64,000 nucleotides of DNA from Scenedesmus sp. PABB004. Lineage: Eukaryota. The position numbers and the translations under genes are program-made. The stretch is from the NCBI GenBank assembly GCA_014905635.1, contig JABVCE010000011.1, forward strand, positions 806,001 through 870,000. The letters are read 5' to 3'. Shown one piece after another: positions 52,299 through 64,000 of the stretch (positions are counted from its first letter, which is position 1; each line of letters begins with the position of its first letter). The notes under the pieces are model-generated. The model had not been told where the DNA came from. It did not search any database and saw only the letters and a program-made list of their open reading frames with translations.

Positions 52299-55200
52299 AT
52301 GGCGCCCGCCGACCGGCCGCGCGCCCACCGGGCGGCGCGTGGTCTGCTGGTCATCGCCGCGCTGAGCTGCCTGCTCGCCGGCGTGCGGGTGCGGCGCCGC
52401 GGGCCCCGCCGGCGCCGCGCACGCGGCGCTGTGCCGGGCGCGTCACGCCCCGACCGCGCTCACCACCGCCCCTGCGCACATCGCACACCCCAGGGTGACA
52501 CCTGTGCGTCACCCACTGACACCAGCCTGGCGTGCCCCACGGGCAAGGTCGCGGCCCCCGCCAACGCCGCCGCCGACATCGGGGGCACGACCGACCCCGC
52601 GGTGTACGACGGCCTCTGCTGCTCCTATGTGAGCGGTCGGCTGACTGCGCGTGCGCGCCCCTTCCAGTGCGGGGATGCTGTCGCTGCCGGCGCCTGCTGA
52701 CCCGCCGCCGCCGCCGCCGCGCCCTCGACTAACAGGCGACCGGCGCCACGTGCGGCAACGCCGACGGCGCCGGCACGGCGTTCAGCGCGTCCGACTGCGG
52801 CAGCGGCCTGGAGCCCAACGCCGCCCACGCCAGCACCGTCATCGACGCCATGACCACCGCCCAGGCCATCGCGGCGTGCTGCCAGGCCGTCACGCCTGTC
52901 ACGCCTGCGTCGGTGAGCGCCGCGGCGGAGCCCGCAGCCTGGCTCGCCACGCGTGCTGCGTGTGCTGGCGGCGCGTGCGTGGGCCGACAGAGCTGCTGCC
53001 GCCGCGGCTGTGCCTCTCCGCCCTGACCACCCCGCCGCCGCCACCGCCCCGCGCAGCCCTACCCGTCCGGCGCCACGTGCGGCAACGCCGACGGCGCCGG
53101 CACGGCGTTCAGCGCGTCCGACTGCGGCAGCGGCCTGGAGCCCAACGCCGCCCACGCCAGCACCGTCATCGACGCCATGACCACCGCCCAGGCCATCGCG
53201 GCGTGCTGCCAGGCCGTCACGCCTGTCACGCCTGCGTCGGTGAGCGCCGCGGCGGAGCCCGCAGCCTGGCTCGCCACGCGTGCTGCGTGTGCTGGCGGCG
53301 CGTGCGTGGGCCGACAGAGCTGCTGCCGCCGCGGCTGTGCCTCTCCGCCCTGACCACCCCGCCGCCGCCACCGCCCCGCGCAGCCCTACCCGTCCGGCGC
53401 CACGTGCGGCAACGCCGACGGCGCCGGCACGGCGTTCAGCGCGTCCGACTGCGGAAGCGGCCTGGAGCCCAACGCCGCCCACGCCAGCACCGTCATCGAC
53501 GCCATGACCACCGCCCAGGCCATCGCGGCGTGCTGCCAGGCCGTCACGCCTGTCACGCCTGCGTCGGTGAGCGCCGCGGCGGAGCCCGCAGCATGGCTCG
53601 CCACGCGTGCTGCGTGCGCTGGCGGCGCGTGCGTGGGCCGACAGAGCTGCTGCCGCCGCGGCTGTGTCTCTCCGCCCTGACCACCCCGCCGCCGCCACCG
53701 CCCCGCGCAGCCCTACCCGTCCGGCGCCACGTGCGGCAACGCCGACGGCGCCGGCACGGCGTTCAGCGCGTCCGACTGCGGCAGCGGCCTGGAGCCCAAC
53801 GCCGCCCACGCCAGCACCGTCATCGACGCCATGACCACCGCCCAGGCCATCGCGGCGTGCTGCCAGGCCGTCACGCCTGTCACGCCTGCGTCGGTGAGCG
53901 CCGCGGCGGAGCCCGCAGCATGGCTCGCCACGCGTGCTGCGTGCGCTGGCGGCGCGTGCGTGGGCCGACAGAGCTGCTGCCGCCGCGGCTGTGTCTCTCC
54001 GCCCTGACCACCCCGCCGCCGCCACCGCCCCGCGCAGCCCTACCCGTCCGGCGCCACGTGCGGCAACGCCGACGGCGCCGGCACGGCGTTCAGCGCGTCC
54101 GACTGCGGCAGCGGCCTGGAGCCCAACGCCGCCCACGCCAGCACCGTCATCGACGCCATGACCACCGCCCAGGCCATCGCGGCGTGCTGCCAGGCCGTCA
54201 CGCCTGTCACGCCTGCGTCGGTGAGCGCCGCGGCGGAGCCCGCAGCCTGGCTCGCCACGCGTGCTGCGTGTGCTGGCGGCGCGTGCGTGGGCCGACAGAG
54301 CTGCTGCCGCCGCGGCTGTGCCTCTCCGCCCTGACCACCCCGCCGCCGCCACCGCCCCGCGCAGCCCTACCCGTCCGGCGCCACGTGCGGCAACGCCGAC
54401 GGCGCCGGCACGGCGTTCAGCGCGTCCGACTGCGGAAGCGGCCTGGAGCCCAACGCCGCCCACGCCAGCACCGTCATCGACGCCATGACCACCGCCCAGG
54501 CCATCGCGGCGTGCTGCCAGGCCGTCACGCCTGTCACGCCTGCGTCGGTGAGCGCCGCGGCGGAGCCCGCAGCATGGCTCGCCACGCGTGCTGCGTGCGC
54601 TGGCGGCGCGTGCGTGGGCCGACAGAGCTGCTGCCGCCGCGGCTGTGTCTCTCCGCCCTGACCACCCCGCCGCCGCCACCGCCCCGCGCAGCCCTACCCG
54701 TCCGGCGCCACGTGCGGCAACGCCGACGGCGCCGGCACGGCGTTCAGCGCGTCCGACTGCGGCAGCGGCCTGGAGCCCAACGCCGCCCACGCCAGCACCG
54801 TCATCGACGCCATGACCACCGCCCAGGCCATCGCGGCGTGCTGCCAGACCGTCACGCCTGTCACGCCTGTGTCGGTGAGCGCCGCGGCGGAGCCCGCAGC
54901 CTGGCTCGCCACGCGTGCTGCGTGTGCTGGCGGCGCGTGCGTGGGCCGACAGAGCTGCTGCCGCCGCGGCTGTGTCTCTCCGCCCTGACCACCCCGCCGC
55001 CGCCACCGCCCCGCGCAGCCCTACCCGTCCGGCGCCACGTGCGGCAACGCCGACGGCGCCGGCACGGCGTTCAGCGCGTCCGACTGCGGAAGCGGCCTGG
55101 AGCCCAACGCCGCCCACGCCAGCACCGTCATCGACGCCATGACCACCGCCCAGGCCATCGCGGCGTGCTGCCAGACCGTCACGCCTGTCACGCCTGTGTC

Positions 55201-58200
55201 GGTGAGCGCCGCGGCGGAGCCCGCAGCCTGGCTCGCCACGCGTGCTGCGTGTGCTGGCGGCGCGTGCGTGGGCCGACAGAGCTGCTGCCGCCGCGGCTGT
55301 GCCTCTCCGCCCTGACCACCCCGCCGCCGCCACCGCCCCGCGCAGCCCTACCCGTCCGGCGCCACGTGCGGCAACGCCGACGGCGCCGGCACGGCGTTCA
55401 GCGCGTCCGACTGCGGCAGCGGCCTGGAGCCCAACGCCGCCCACGCCAGCACCGTCATCGACGCCATGACCACCGCCCAGGCCATCGCGGCGTGCTGCCA
55501 GGCCGTCACGCCTGTCACGCCTGTGTCGGTGAGCGCCGAGGCGGAGCCCGCAGCCTGGCTCGCCACGCGTGCTGCGTGTGCTGGCGGCGCGTGCGTGGGC
55601 CGACAGAGCTGCTGCCGCCGCGGCTGTGCCTCTCCGCCCTGACCACCCCGCCGCCGCCACCGTCCCGCGCAGCCCTACCCGTCCGGCGCCACGTGCGGCA
55701 ACGCCGACGGCGCCGGCACGGCGTTCAGCGCGTCCGACTGCGGAAGCGGCCTGGAGCCCAACGCCGCCCACGCCAGCACCGTCATCGACGCCATGACCAC
55801 CGCCCAGGCCATCGCGGCGTGCTGCCAGGCCGTCACGCCTGTCACGCCTGCGTCGGTGAGCGCCGCGGCGGAGCCCGCAGCATGGCTCGCCACGCGTGCT
55901 GCGTGCGCTGGCGGCGCGTGCGTGGGCCGACAGAGCTGCTGCCGCCGCGGCTGTGTCTCTCCGCCCTGACCACCCCGCCGCCGCCACCGCCCCGCGCAGC
56001 CCTACCCGTCCGGCGCCACGTGCGGCAACGCCGACGGCGCCGGCACGGCGTTCAGCGCGTCCGACTGCGGCAGCGGCCTGGAGCCCAACGCCGCCCACGC
56101 CAGCACCGTCATCGACGCCATGACCACCGCCCAGGCCATCGCGGCGTGCTGCCAGGCCGTTGCGCCCGCGTCGGTGAGGGCCGCAACGGCGCCCGCGGGC
56201 TGGCCTGCCGATCGTGCTGCTGCGTGCGCTGGCGGCGTGGGTTGGCTGGCAGAGCCGCCGCCGCCGCGGCTGTGCCTATCCGCTCTGACCATCCTGCCGC
56301 CGTCGCCCCCGCCCCCGCAGCCTCCCCAGCTCTCTGGCTGTGACACCGCCAACATGATCCAAAACGCTGATCAGACGGCCTGCGTGTGCCCCATGGGCTT
56401 TGCCTTCAACCCCGCCGTGCCCGACGGCGCGGCCGCCAACTGCACCGCGTGCCCGGCCGCCACCTTCAACGACCAGCTCGGCACCACCACCGCGACCACC
56501 TGCAGGCCCTGCGCCGCTCCGCTCGCTGCCAGCGCTGACCGCACGGCCTGCGTGTGCGGCGGTGGCTTTGTCGCCGACTCCGGCAGCGATGACTCGATGC
56601 GCACCCTGCTCAGTCTCGACGCGCCCAGCTGCGGTAAGCGGCCCGCGCCGGGGCTCGCTGCTTGGCCCTGCTGCCCGGTCCCGCGTGCGCGCGCGAGGCC
56701 ATCCCACCCCGCCGCCGCTGCTCGTGCTCGCCGCGCCCCCGCCGCGCGCGCAGTGTGCCCCGCCGGCTTCAAGTACACGCCCGCCGGCGACGCCCCCGCG
56801 ACGCCGCCGACCTGCGTCGCGTGCACGGGCAGCACCTTCAGCACCGCGCCTGGCTCCACCGACTGCGCCGCTTGCGCCGCGCCCAAGGTCGTGAGCAGCG
56901 ACAGGACGGCCTGCGTGTGCGGGCCCAGCTTTGTGGACCGCGACGGCACCTGCGGTGAGCGCGCTGGCGGCCCACCAGGCTGCCGGCGGCTCGGCCGCCA
57001 GCCGGCACCAGCGGCGGCGCAGCCTCGGCGCTGCTCGCTGACTCCCGTGCCGCCTGGGCGCGCGCGCGTGCCCGCAGAGTGCCCCGCCGGCTTCAAGTTT
57101 GACGCCGCCGCCAAGACCTGCTCCGTGTGCCCCGCCGGCACCTTCAACGCCGTCGTCGGCCGCGCCGTGGCCGTCGACGCCACGAGCACCAGCTGCAACG
57201 CCACCTGCGCCGCGGCGGGCATGGCGCCCAACGCCGCGCGCACGGGCTGCGCGTGCGCCAACAACTTTGTCGGGAGCGCCGCCGACCCCGCCGTCTGCGG
57301 TGCGTGCAGCGCGGCGCGGCGCGGGTCGCCGCTGCCGCCACCGCCGCTGCGGCCTCGCACGGCGACCGCCGCCCACCCGCCGCCCGACCACACCCGCCAC
57401 CGCCGCCGCGCAGAGTGCCCCGCCGGCTTCCTGCGCAACGCCACCGACGGCACCTGCAGGCGCTGCCCCGCGGGCCGCGTCAGCGCGGCGCCTGACTCTG
57501 CGACCTGCGAGGCCTGCCCCGTCGCGGGGGAGGTGCCCAACGCCGCCCGCACGGGCTGCGTGTGCCCCAAGGGCTTCGCCTTCACCCCCGCCGTGCCCGA
57601 CGGCGCAGCCGCCAACTGCAGCGCCTGCCCGGCGGCCACCTTCAACGACCAGCTCGGCACCACCACTGCGACCACCTGCAGCGCCTGCGCCGCGCCGCGC
57701 GTTGTCGCGCCCGGCGGCGTGGCGTGCGTGTGCGGCGGCGGCTTCGTGCCTGACCGCGTGGACGCCAGCCAGTGCGGTGAGGCGGGGCGGCCGGGCGCGG
57801 CCGCGGTCGCAGCGCGCGCAGCGTAGCGTGCCGCCCCCTGCCTCGCTGCTCTCCGCGCTGACGCGCGGTCGGCCCGTCCCCGCATCGCCTGCCCCGCAGT
57901 GTGCCCGCCCGGCTCCAAGCTGACGCCCGCGTCCGGCGAGACGCCTGCCAGCTGCCAGGCATGCCCGGCCGGCAGCTTCAACGAGCATCCCGACGCCCCC
58001 GCGTGCCTGCTCTGCCCCGCGCCGGTCAAGGCCGTGAGCGGCGACCGCACCGCCTGCCTGTGCGCCAACGGCTTTAAGCGGGACCCGAACGACCCGACCG
58101 CCTGCGGTGGGTTGCTGCTGCCGCCGCCGCGCCGCGCCCGCGGCAGTCGAGCAGGCCTGGCGGCCCCACGCTGCGTGTGCTGCGCCAGCCCGCGCCCACC

Positions 58201-60477
58201 GCCGCCGCCCCCTGGCCGCCCCCTGGCCGCCCCCGGCCGCCCCCGCGCAGCGTGCCCCGCCGGCTTTGCGCTCGACGCCGCGGCCCAGACGTGCCGGCAG
58301 TGCCCCGCCGGCACCTTCAACGCCGAGGTCGGCCGCCAGTACGACACCGCCTGCAGTGCCGACTGCCCGGTGCTGGGCCAGGTCCCCAACGGCGCGCGCA
58401 CCGGCTGCGTGTGCGGCGCCGTGGTGGGCGCCAACAGCTTTGTGCGGTCAGGCGACGCCTGCGGTGAGCACGCAGGCCGTGCGACGCCCCTGCCGCGGCG
58501 CCCGGCCGGGGCTGCGCGCCCCACGCCCTGCGCCCTGAGCCCCGCTCCGCACCGCGCCGACCGCCCTGCCGCCCCGAAGCGTGCCCGGCGGGCCACGAGT
58601 TTGACGCCGCCGCCGGGACGTGCACCGCGTGCGCCGCGGGCAGCTGGAATGCCGACGAGGGCACGGCCGCCAGCACCTTCTGCAAGGCCGGCTGCCCCGT
58701 CGACAACATGGTCCCCGCGGCCGACGGCACTGGCTGCGAGTGCCCCAAGGGCTGCGCCTTCACGCCCGCCAGCGGCGACACGCCCGCGACCTGCGAGCCC
58801 TGCCCCGAGGTGCGCGGCTGGCTGGGCGGCGTGGATGCAGCACGTGCTGCCGCTGGGCGGCGGGGCCGGCCGCCCGGGCTGCTGCTGCCGCGGCCCCGGC
58901 CGCCGCTGGCTGCGCGCCGACCCCGCCCGCCGCCTGGCCGCCCGCCGCCAGGGCGAGTTTGGCCCCACCGTGGGCGCTGGCCCTGCTCTCACCACCTGCA
59001 TGGCCTGCTCCCCGCCGCGCGTCCTCGCGGCCGACCAGACGTCTTGCGACTGCCCCGCGGGCCTTGACTGGGACGGGAGCGTGTGCGGTGCGTGGCCCGC
59101 GGACGCCTGGCCGCCCGCCCTGGACCGCACGGCGCTGCGCTGCCTGGCTCCTGCTGGCGCCCGCGCGCTGTGCCGAGGTCGCCCATGACGCCGCGACCGC
59201 CGCCGCCGCCGCCGCCGCCGCTCCGCAGTGTGCGGCGCGGGCTCGTACCTGCAGGCCGGCGTGTGCGCCAAGTGCCCCGCCGGCACGTACTCGGACGAGC
59301 TGGCCTCGCCCAGCTGCGCGGCCTGCCCCGACCGCCAGGTGCCCAGCGCCGACCAGACAAGCTGCCTGTGTGCCGCGGGCTTCTTCGACGACGGCACCGG
59401 CGGCTGCCAGCGCTGCCCGGCCGGCACCTTCAGCCGCAGCGCCGGCGCGCACCACTGCGACGCGTGCGAGGCGCCGGGCGTGCTGGCCGCCGACCAGTCC
59501 GCGTGCGCCTGCCCCGCGGGGCACGCGCTGGACGCCGACTCGGGCGACTGCGCCGCCTGCCCCGCGGGGACCTGGAGCGACGCGCCAGACGCCCTCGCCT
59601 GCCGCGCCTGCCCCGCGGGCAAGGTGCTCGCGGCCGACGCCTCCTCGTGCGACTGCCCCGCCGGCAGCTACGCCGACGCCGCTGGCGAGGGCGCCTGCGG
59701 TGAGACGGCGCTGCCGCCGCAGCGGGGGCGCTTCATGAGCGCGCTGCGCCGCCCCCCGACCCCCCCTGCGCGCCTGACCTGCCCGCTGCCCGCTTCCCCG
59801 CCCGCTCGGCCCGCAGTGCTGATCCCGCAGCAGGGCCAGGGCGAGTCCACGGCCACGGTGAGCTCCACGTTCCTGCTGACCTTCCAGGCGGACTTTGACA
59901 AGCTCGCGGCGGACGCGGCCAAGCTCAGCGCGTTCAAGGACGACCTGCGCGCCAGTGTGGCCCGCGGCGCGCGCGTGCCCGTGTCGCGCGTCACCGTCGC
60001 CAGGGTGCGGAGGGGCCGGGCGGCGACGGCGCGCGCATGGCCGCGCCGCCGCGCTGCACCAGCCGGCGCTGGCGGCGGGGGGAGGTCTTGCGCGCCCCGC
60101 GCCGTCGCCCACGCGCGCCCGCGCCCCCTGCCCCCGTCCCGCGCCTCGCGCAGGTGTACAAGGGCTCCGTGAAGGCCGACGTCGTCGTGACCGCGCCCGC
60201 GGACGAGGCGACGCAGGCGGGCCTCGTGTCGGCGCTCGTGGCCAGCCCCGACGCGCTCTTTGACTCGACCTTCAAGACCGCCTACGACGTCACCGGCCCC
60301 GTGGCCGGCACGCCCACCTCGACGGTCGTGTACGAGTCCGACCAGCAGGCCGTGCGCATCGGCGCGGGCGTGGGGACCGGCCTCGGCGCGTCGCTGGGCA
60401 TCGCGGGCTGCGTGACCGCGCTCGTCGTGGCGCGCCGCGCGCGCGCCGCCGCCGCGCGCGCACGGGACTACGTGTGA
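52299..60477 (+). CDS. Giant Cys-rich type I membrane/cell-surface protein (signal peptide, 11 tandem 4-Cys modules, GCC2/GCC3-like CPAG repeats, SEA-like domain, TM helix)
   Basis: MAPAD...GLLVIAALSCLLAG leader; repeat exons at 52736-56173; many CxxCPAGT[FY]/CPAGF modules at 56320-59700; then STFLLTFQADF...VSRVTVAR|VYKGSVKADVVV; TM IGAGVGTGLGASLGIAGCVTALVV followed by ARRAR...DYV*. Confidence 0.85.
52736..56173 (+). repeat. 327-bp tandem array: 11 exons (183-nt unit, first and last slightly shorter) separated by 10 near-identical 144-nt introns
   Basis: Exact 327-nt periodicity, with exon starts at 53057, 53384 ... 56000. Each unit has a TCG|GTGAGC donor, a CTGAC branch-like motif and a CGCAG|CCC acceptor. 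Confidence 0.97.
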
Positions 60478-60971
60478 GATGCAGCAGGGGGATTGCACGG
60501 CATGCAGCAGGATGCTCCCTTTTTTCCTCCGCTTGCGCTGGGATTCGACCATTCACGCAGGGCGGCGCGCCGCCAGTGCGCGCGCGCCGCCCACCGAGCT
60601 GCACTGCGTTCGGACGCACGCGCGCGCGCGCGCGCGCGCGCCCTCTGCTCGCGCGGCCGCGGCCTGTGCAGGCTGCTGCACCGCATTCTGTCGCGCAACC
60701 CAACTTCCTGTGCGAGTGTGGCTCGCGCGTTCGTCTGTGATCTGTGCGAGTCAACAGCGACTGACTGAACAGTCATGACTGAGACCCGGTGCACCGCGTC
60801 ACGTGACGCGGCGGACGGACGCCGCGGCTGCAACCCGTGGGCTCCTGCATGTGTGTGCCCCAGACCCCCTCCCACCGGCAGCTCTGCCGACGCAGCCTCT
60901 GAGCTCAGCGCCGCAGCGCTGCACCGTCCCGCCGCCACGCTAGCCCACCGCCGCGCAGCCGAGCACACCCC

Positions 60972-62779
60972 ATGCGGGGACGGCTGGCATGGGTTGGTCG
61001 TGCCGTGGCGCGCGCGGGCTGGAGCGGCAGCAGCGGCAGCAGCAGCAGCAGATGCTGCTCGAGCGCCAGCGCCGCCGCGGTGGAGCGCGACATCTACACC
61101 GCGCGGGCGGGCGAGTTGCCGCCTGAGTTTGTAGGGGACGTGCTGGCGGCGCTTGTTGGCCCCAAGGCGCGCCGCGGCGTGGTGGCGCGGCGCGCGACGC
61201 GCGCCGGAGCGCTGCTGCTGGCGGCGCGGCCCGCAGGTGCGCGGGCGGCGCGCCGGCGGGGGTCGGCGGTCACCCGGGGCGTGCGGCCCTAACCGGGGCG
61301 CCGCCCGGCGCGCCGCAGCGATCGTCGAGGGCGCGCCCGAGGAGCAGCCGAACGCGGCGGCGCTCGTCCCGGCGCTGCAGGCCGCGTCGGCCGCGCCGGG
61401 CGTCGCGGCGGCGCTGGGCGCCCTGTACGACGGCACCGCCGAGTCGGCGCAGCGCCCGCCCGACCTGCGCAACATGGCGGCGGCGGGGCAGCAGGGCGGC
61501 GGCGGCGGCTGCGGGCACGCGCACCACCAGGGCGGCGGCGACTGCGGCGGCGGCCACGGCCACGGCGAGCACCACGGCCACGGCGGCGGCGGCGGCGGCG
61601 GCGCGGGGCTGCCGGCCGAGCGCGCGGCGGCGCTGGTCAAGTTCAACGCCTTTGGCGACGACTACGAGGACCTGCCCGCCGCAGCGGCGCGCGGCGTGGC
61701 GCTGCCGCACAGCCACGTGGGCCTCTGGCCGCAGGTCCGCGCGCGGCCGGGGCGGGCGGCGCGCGCGCGGCGCGCGACGCGCCGCCCACGCGCCGCCCCC
61801 GCGCGCGCGCTCGCTGTCCACCCCAGTTCTCGCTGTTCAACCACGCCTGCCTGCCCAACGCGGTGCACTACGTCGTGGGGCACTGCATGGTCGTGCGGTC
61901 GGTCGACGACGTCCCCGCGGGCGAGGAGCTGCTGGTCAGCTACCTGGGGCGCGAGGAGTACTCGCCCGCGCCCGTGCGGCAGGCGCTGCTCGCGGAGCGG
62001 TTCGGCTTTGGCTGCGCGTGCAGCCGCTGCGCGCTCGAGGCCGACGCGCCGCGCGCGCTGACGGCGGCGATCCGGTCCGCGTACGACGCGGTCACCCAGG
62101 CGCGACGTGACGTGTGGGGCTGGGCCGGGCGGAGGGGAGGGCAGGACAGGGACGCGTGGGATGGGCGCAGCGCGCGGCGGCCGTGCTGCCAGCGCCGGCG
62201 GCGGCGGCGGCGCGGCCGATGCGTGCCGCGCGCGACGCCGCCCCCCCCTCTCGCGCCCGCCGCGCGCAGGAGCTCAAGCCGGCCTTCATGGAGGCGGTGG
62301 CGGCGCAGGACGTCGTCGGGCTCGCGGCGACGCAGACGGCGCTGGCCGCGCGCGAGGCCGCGCTGTCGGCCGCGCTCGCCGCGCACCTGCCGCGCCTGAG
62401 CGACGGCGCGGCCCTGGTGCTGCAGGCGGGCGCGTACGAGCTGCACGAGCTGCTGCTCTTCTGCGAGCAGCTCGCGCCGGCGCAGCACGGCGGCGGTGGC
62501 GGCGGGGAGCGGTCGCACGCGCTGCTCGGCCGGCTGGGGCGGTGCCTCGCGATCGTCGCGGCGGCGAGCAAGGGCGCGGAGCTCCACGTCTTCCTCGCCG
62601 CGCGCCTGGCGGCGCACGCGGCCGCGCTGCGCGGCCCCGACTCGCCCGCCGCGGCGGCCGCGGCGGGGCTGCTCGACGGCGCGCTGCGCGCGCGCTACGG
62701 CGGCGCGATGGACGACCCCGACCTCGCGCGCGCGCTGCTCGAGGCGAGTGAGGCGGCGGCGGAGGAGTTTCTGATGTGA
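60972..62779 (+). CDS. Second SET-domain (SMYD-like) protein with His/Gly-rich insertion
   Basis: RRGVVARRATRAGALLL, NAF, VGLWPQ|FSLFNHACLPNA, GEELLVSYLG and post-SET FGFGCACSRC. The start codon is tentative. Confidence 0.85.
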
Positions 62780-63159
62780 TGAGCGCGCCAGGGGGTCGGC
62801 CGGGGCGCCTGGCGGCGACTCGCTGCCGGGCGTCATCGGCGCGGCGGCTTTGCAGCAACCGTTCGTCACCCGCCGCCGCGGCTGCCCGCTCAAGCTCGCC
62901 GCCGCCGCCACGCCCGCTCAAACCAGCAGCCATCCACGCACTCGCGGCGGCGCGCCCCGCGCGGTCACTCCCACGAGCGGCAGCCGGGCAGCAGCGGCGC
63001 CCAGCGGGGTGAGGCGCCGGCAGCGGCTGCGGCGGCCCTCGCGCCCAAGCCCTGTCCGTCCCGGCCGGACCGTGAGCCTTCCGCGCTCCCCTCAGCCGCG
63101 CCCGCGCGCCCAGGCGCAGCCGGGAGCAGCGGCGCTCGCCGCGGCAGCAGCCAGCGGCG

Positions 63160-63920
63160 ATGGACGCGCCCGCGCGCGGCGCGCTGCTCACGTTTGATGA
63201 AGCGCTCACGGGCTACGTCGGCGAGCTCGGCAGGGTGCGTGGAGCCGCGCGCGCCGCGCCGGCCAGGGCGCCGCCGCGTTGTTTGAGCTCACCGCGCCGC
63301 CGCAGGGCCAGCAGCGCGTCATCGCGCTCGTCTCGCTGCTCTCCATCCCCAACGGCCTCATGTGAGCGGCCGCCGCGGTCACTGCCCAGCGTCCAGCGCC
63401 CAGCGCCCAGCGCGCCCAGCGCGCGCCCGCCGCGGCTCCGCCCCCGCGCGCGCAGCTTCCTGCTGTGGGTGTTCCTGACCATCGACCCGGTGTGCGCGCG
63501 CGCGTGGGCGTGCGCGGACGCGACCGACGCGGCGTGCGCGGCCGTGTGGGCGCGCCCGACGGCGGCGGGGCTCTGCGGCCTGCCGCGCGGCGCGTGGGCG
63601 TGGAGCGCCCCCAACGGCAGCCTCGTGTCGCGCTTCGACCTCGTCTGCGCCGGCGCGTTCAAGGTGCAGCTCGGCAACTCGCTGTTCTTCATCGGCTGCT
63701 TCTTGGGCTCCGCGCTCTGCGGCACGCTCAGCGACCGCCACGGGCGCAAGTGGCCGATGTTTGGCGCGACCGCGCTCGCGGCCGCCGCGACGCTCGCGGG
63801 CGCGGCGGCGCCGGCGTACGCGTTCGCCGCGGCCGCGCGCCTTGTCGCGGGCGTCGGCGCGGCGGGGCAGGTGCAGGGCATCCTGCTGCTCTGCCTCGAG
63901 GTCACCGGCCCCTCACGACG
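63160..63920 (+). CDS. MFS organic cation/carnitine transporter-like protein (OCT/SLC22), 5' part; continues beyond the window
   Basis: TFDEALTGYVGELGR|GQ, SLVSRFDLVC, SLFFIGCFLGSALCGTLSDRHGRK (MFS motif A). GT donor near 63921. Confidence 0.88.
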
Positions 63921-64000
63921 GTGAGTGAGTGAACCAGCGGCGGCAGCGCGCGCGCGCGCGCGCGCGCGGGCGCGCAGCGCGGCGCGCGGCGCAGCGCGCG

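Noticed and set aside
52736..56173. 327-bp array as a CRISPR array or non-coding satellite
   Set aside because: There are no unique spacers and no cas genes. The units carry splice sites and a coherent coding frame continuous with flanking exons.
52625..56343. 1230-aa (+) and 1157-aa (-) ORFs over the array
   Set aside because: These are Arg/Ala-rich shadow frames that stay open because the unit length is divisible by 3 and GC is extreme. The Cys-patterned spliced frame fits the rest of the gene.

Overview
Very GC-rich, intron-dense eukaryotic nuclear DNA. Gene content and splice signals point to a chlorophycean green alga (inference; species not determined). Most long ORFs in the supplied track are GC artefacts, so the real genes had to be assembled across short introns. 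I support about 20 protein-coding genes: a small secreted protein, plastid DapB, class XI myosin, bZIP factor, KIN17, HemC, an intronless 5x Cys/His-repeat protein paired head-to-head with a putative 2OG-Fe(II)-like dioxygenase, eIF2B-beta, ACT-domain STY kinase, a Cys-rich secreted protein, two tandem paralogues of another Cys-rich secreted protein, a truncated haemoglobin, P4-ATPase, SPC25, two SET-domain proteins, TRAPPC6, a giant Cys-rich type I surface protein and a partial MFS/OCT transporter. The most notable observations are: (1) an 11-exon tandem array inside the surface-protein gene whose 327-bp unit is a whole 183-nt exon plus a 144-nt intron; (2) an exceptionally high frequency of GC-AG introns, with about 22 counted, all in an AG|GC(A/G)CG context; (3) reciprocal intron presence/absence between two recent paralogues; (4) the orphan Cys/His-repeat plus dioxygenase-like gene pair; (5) a truncated globin with an N-myristoylation motif. 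All gene models were built by eye, with no database searches or transcript data.
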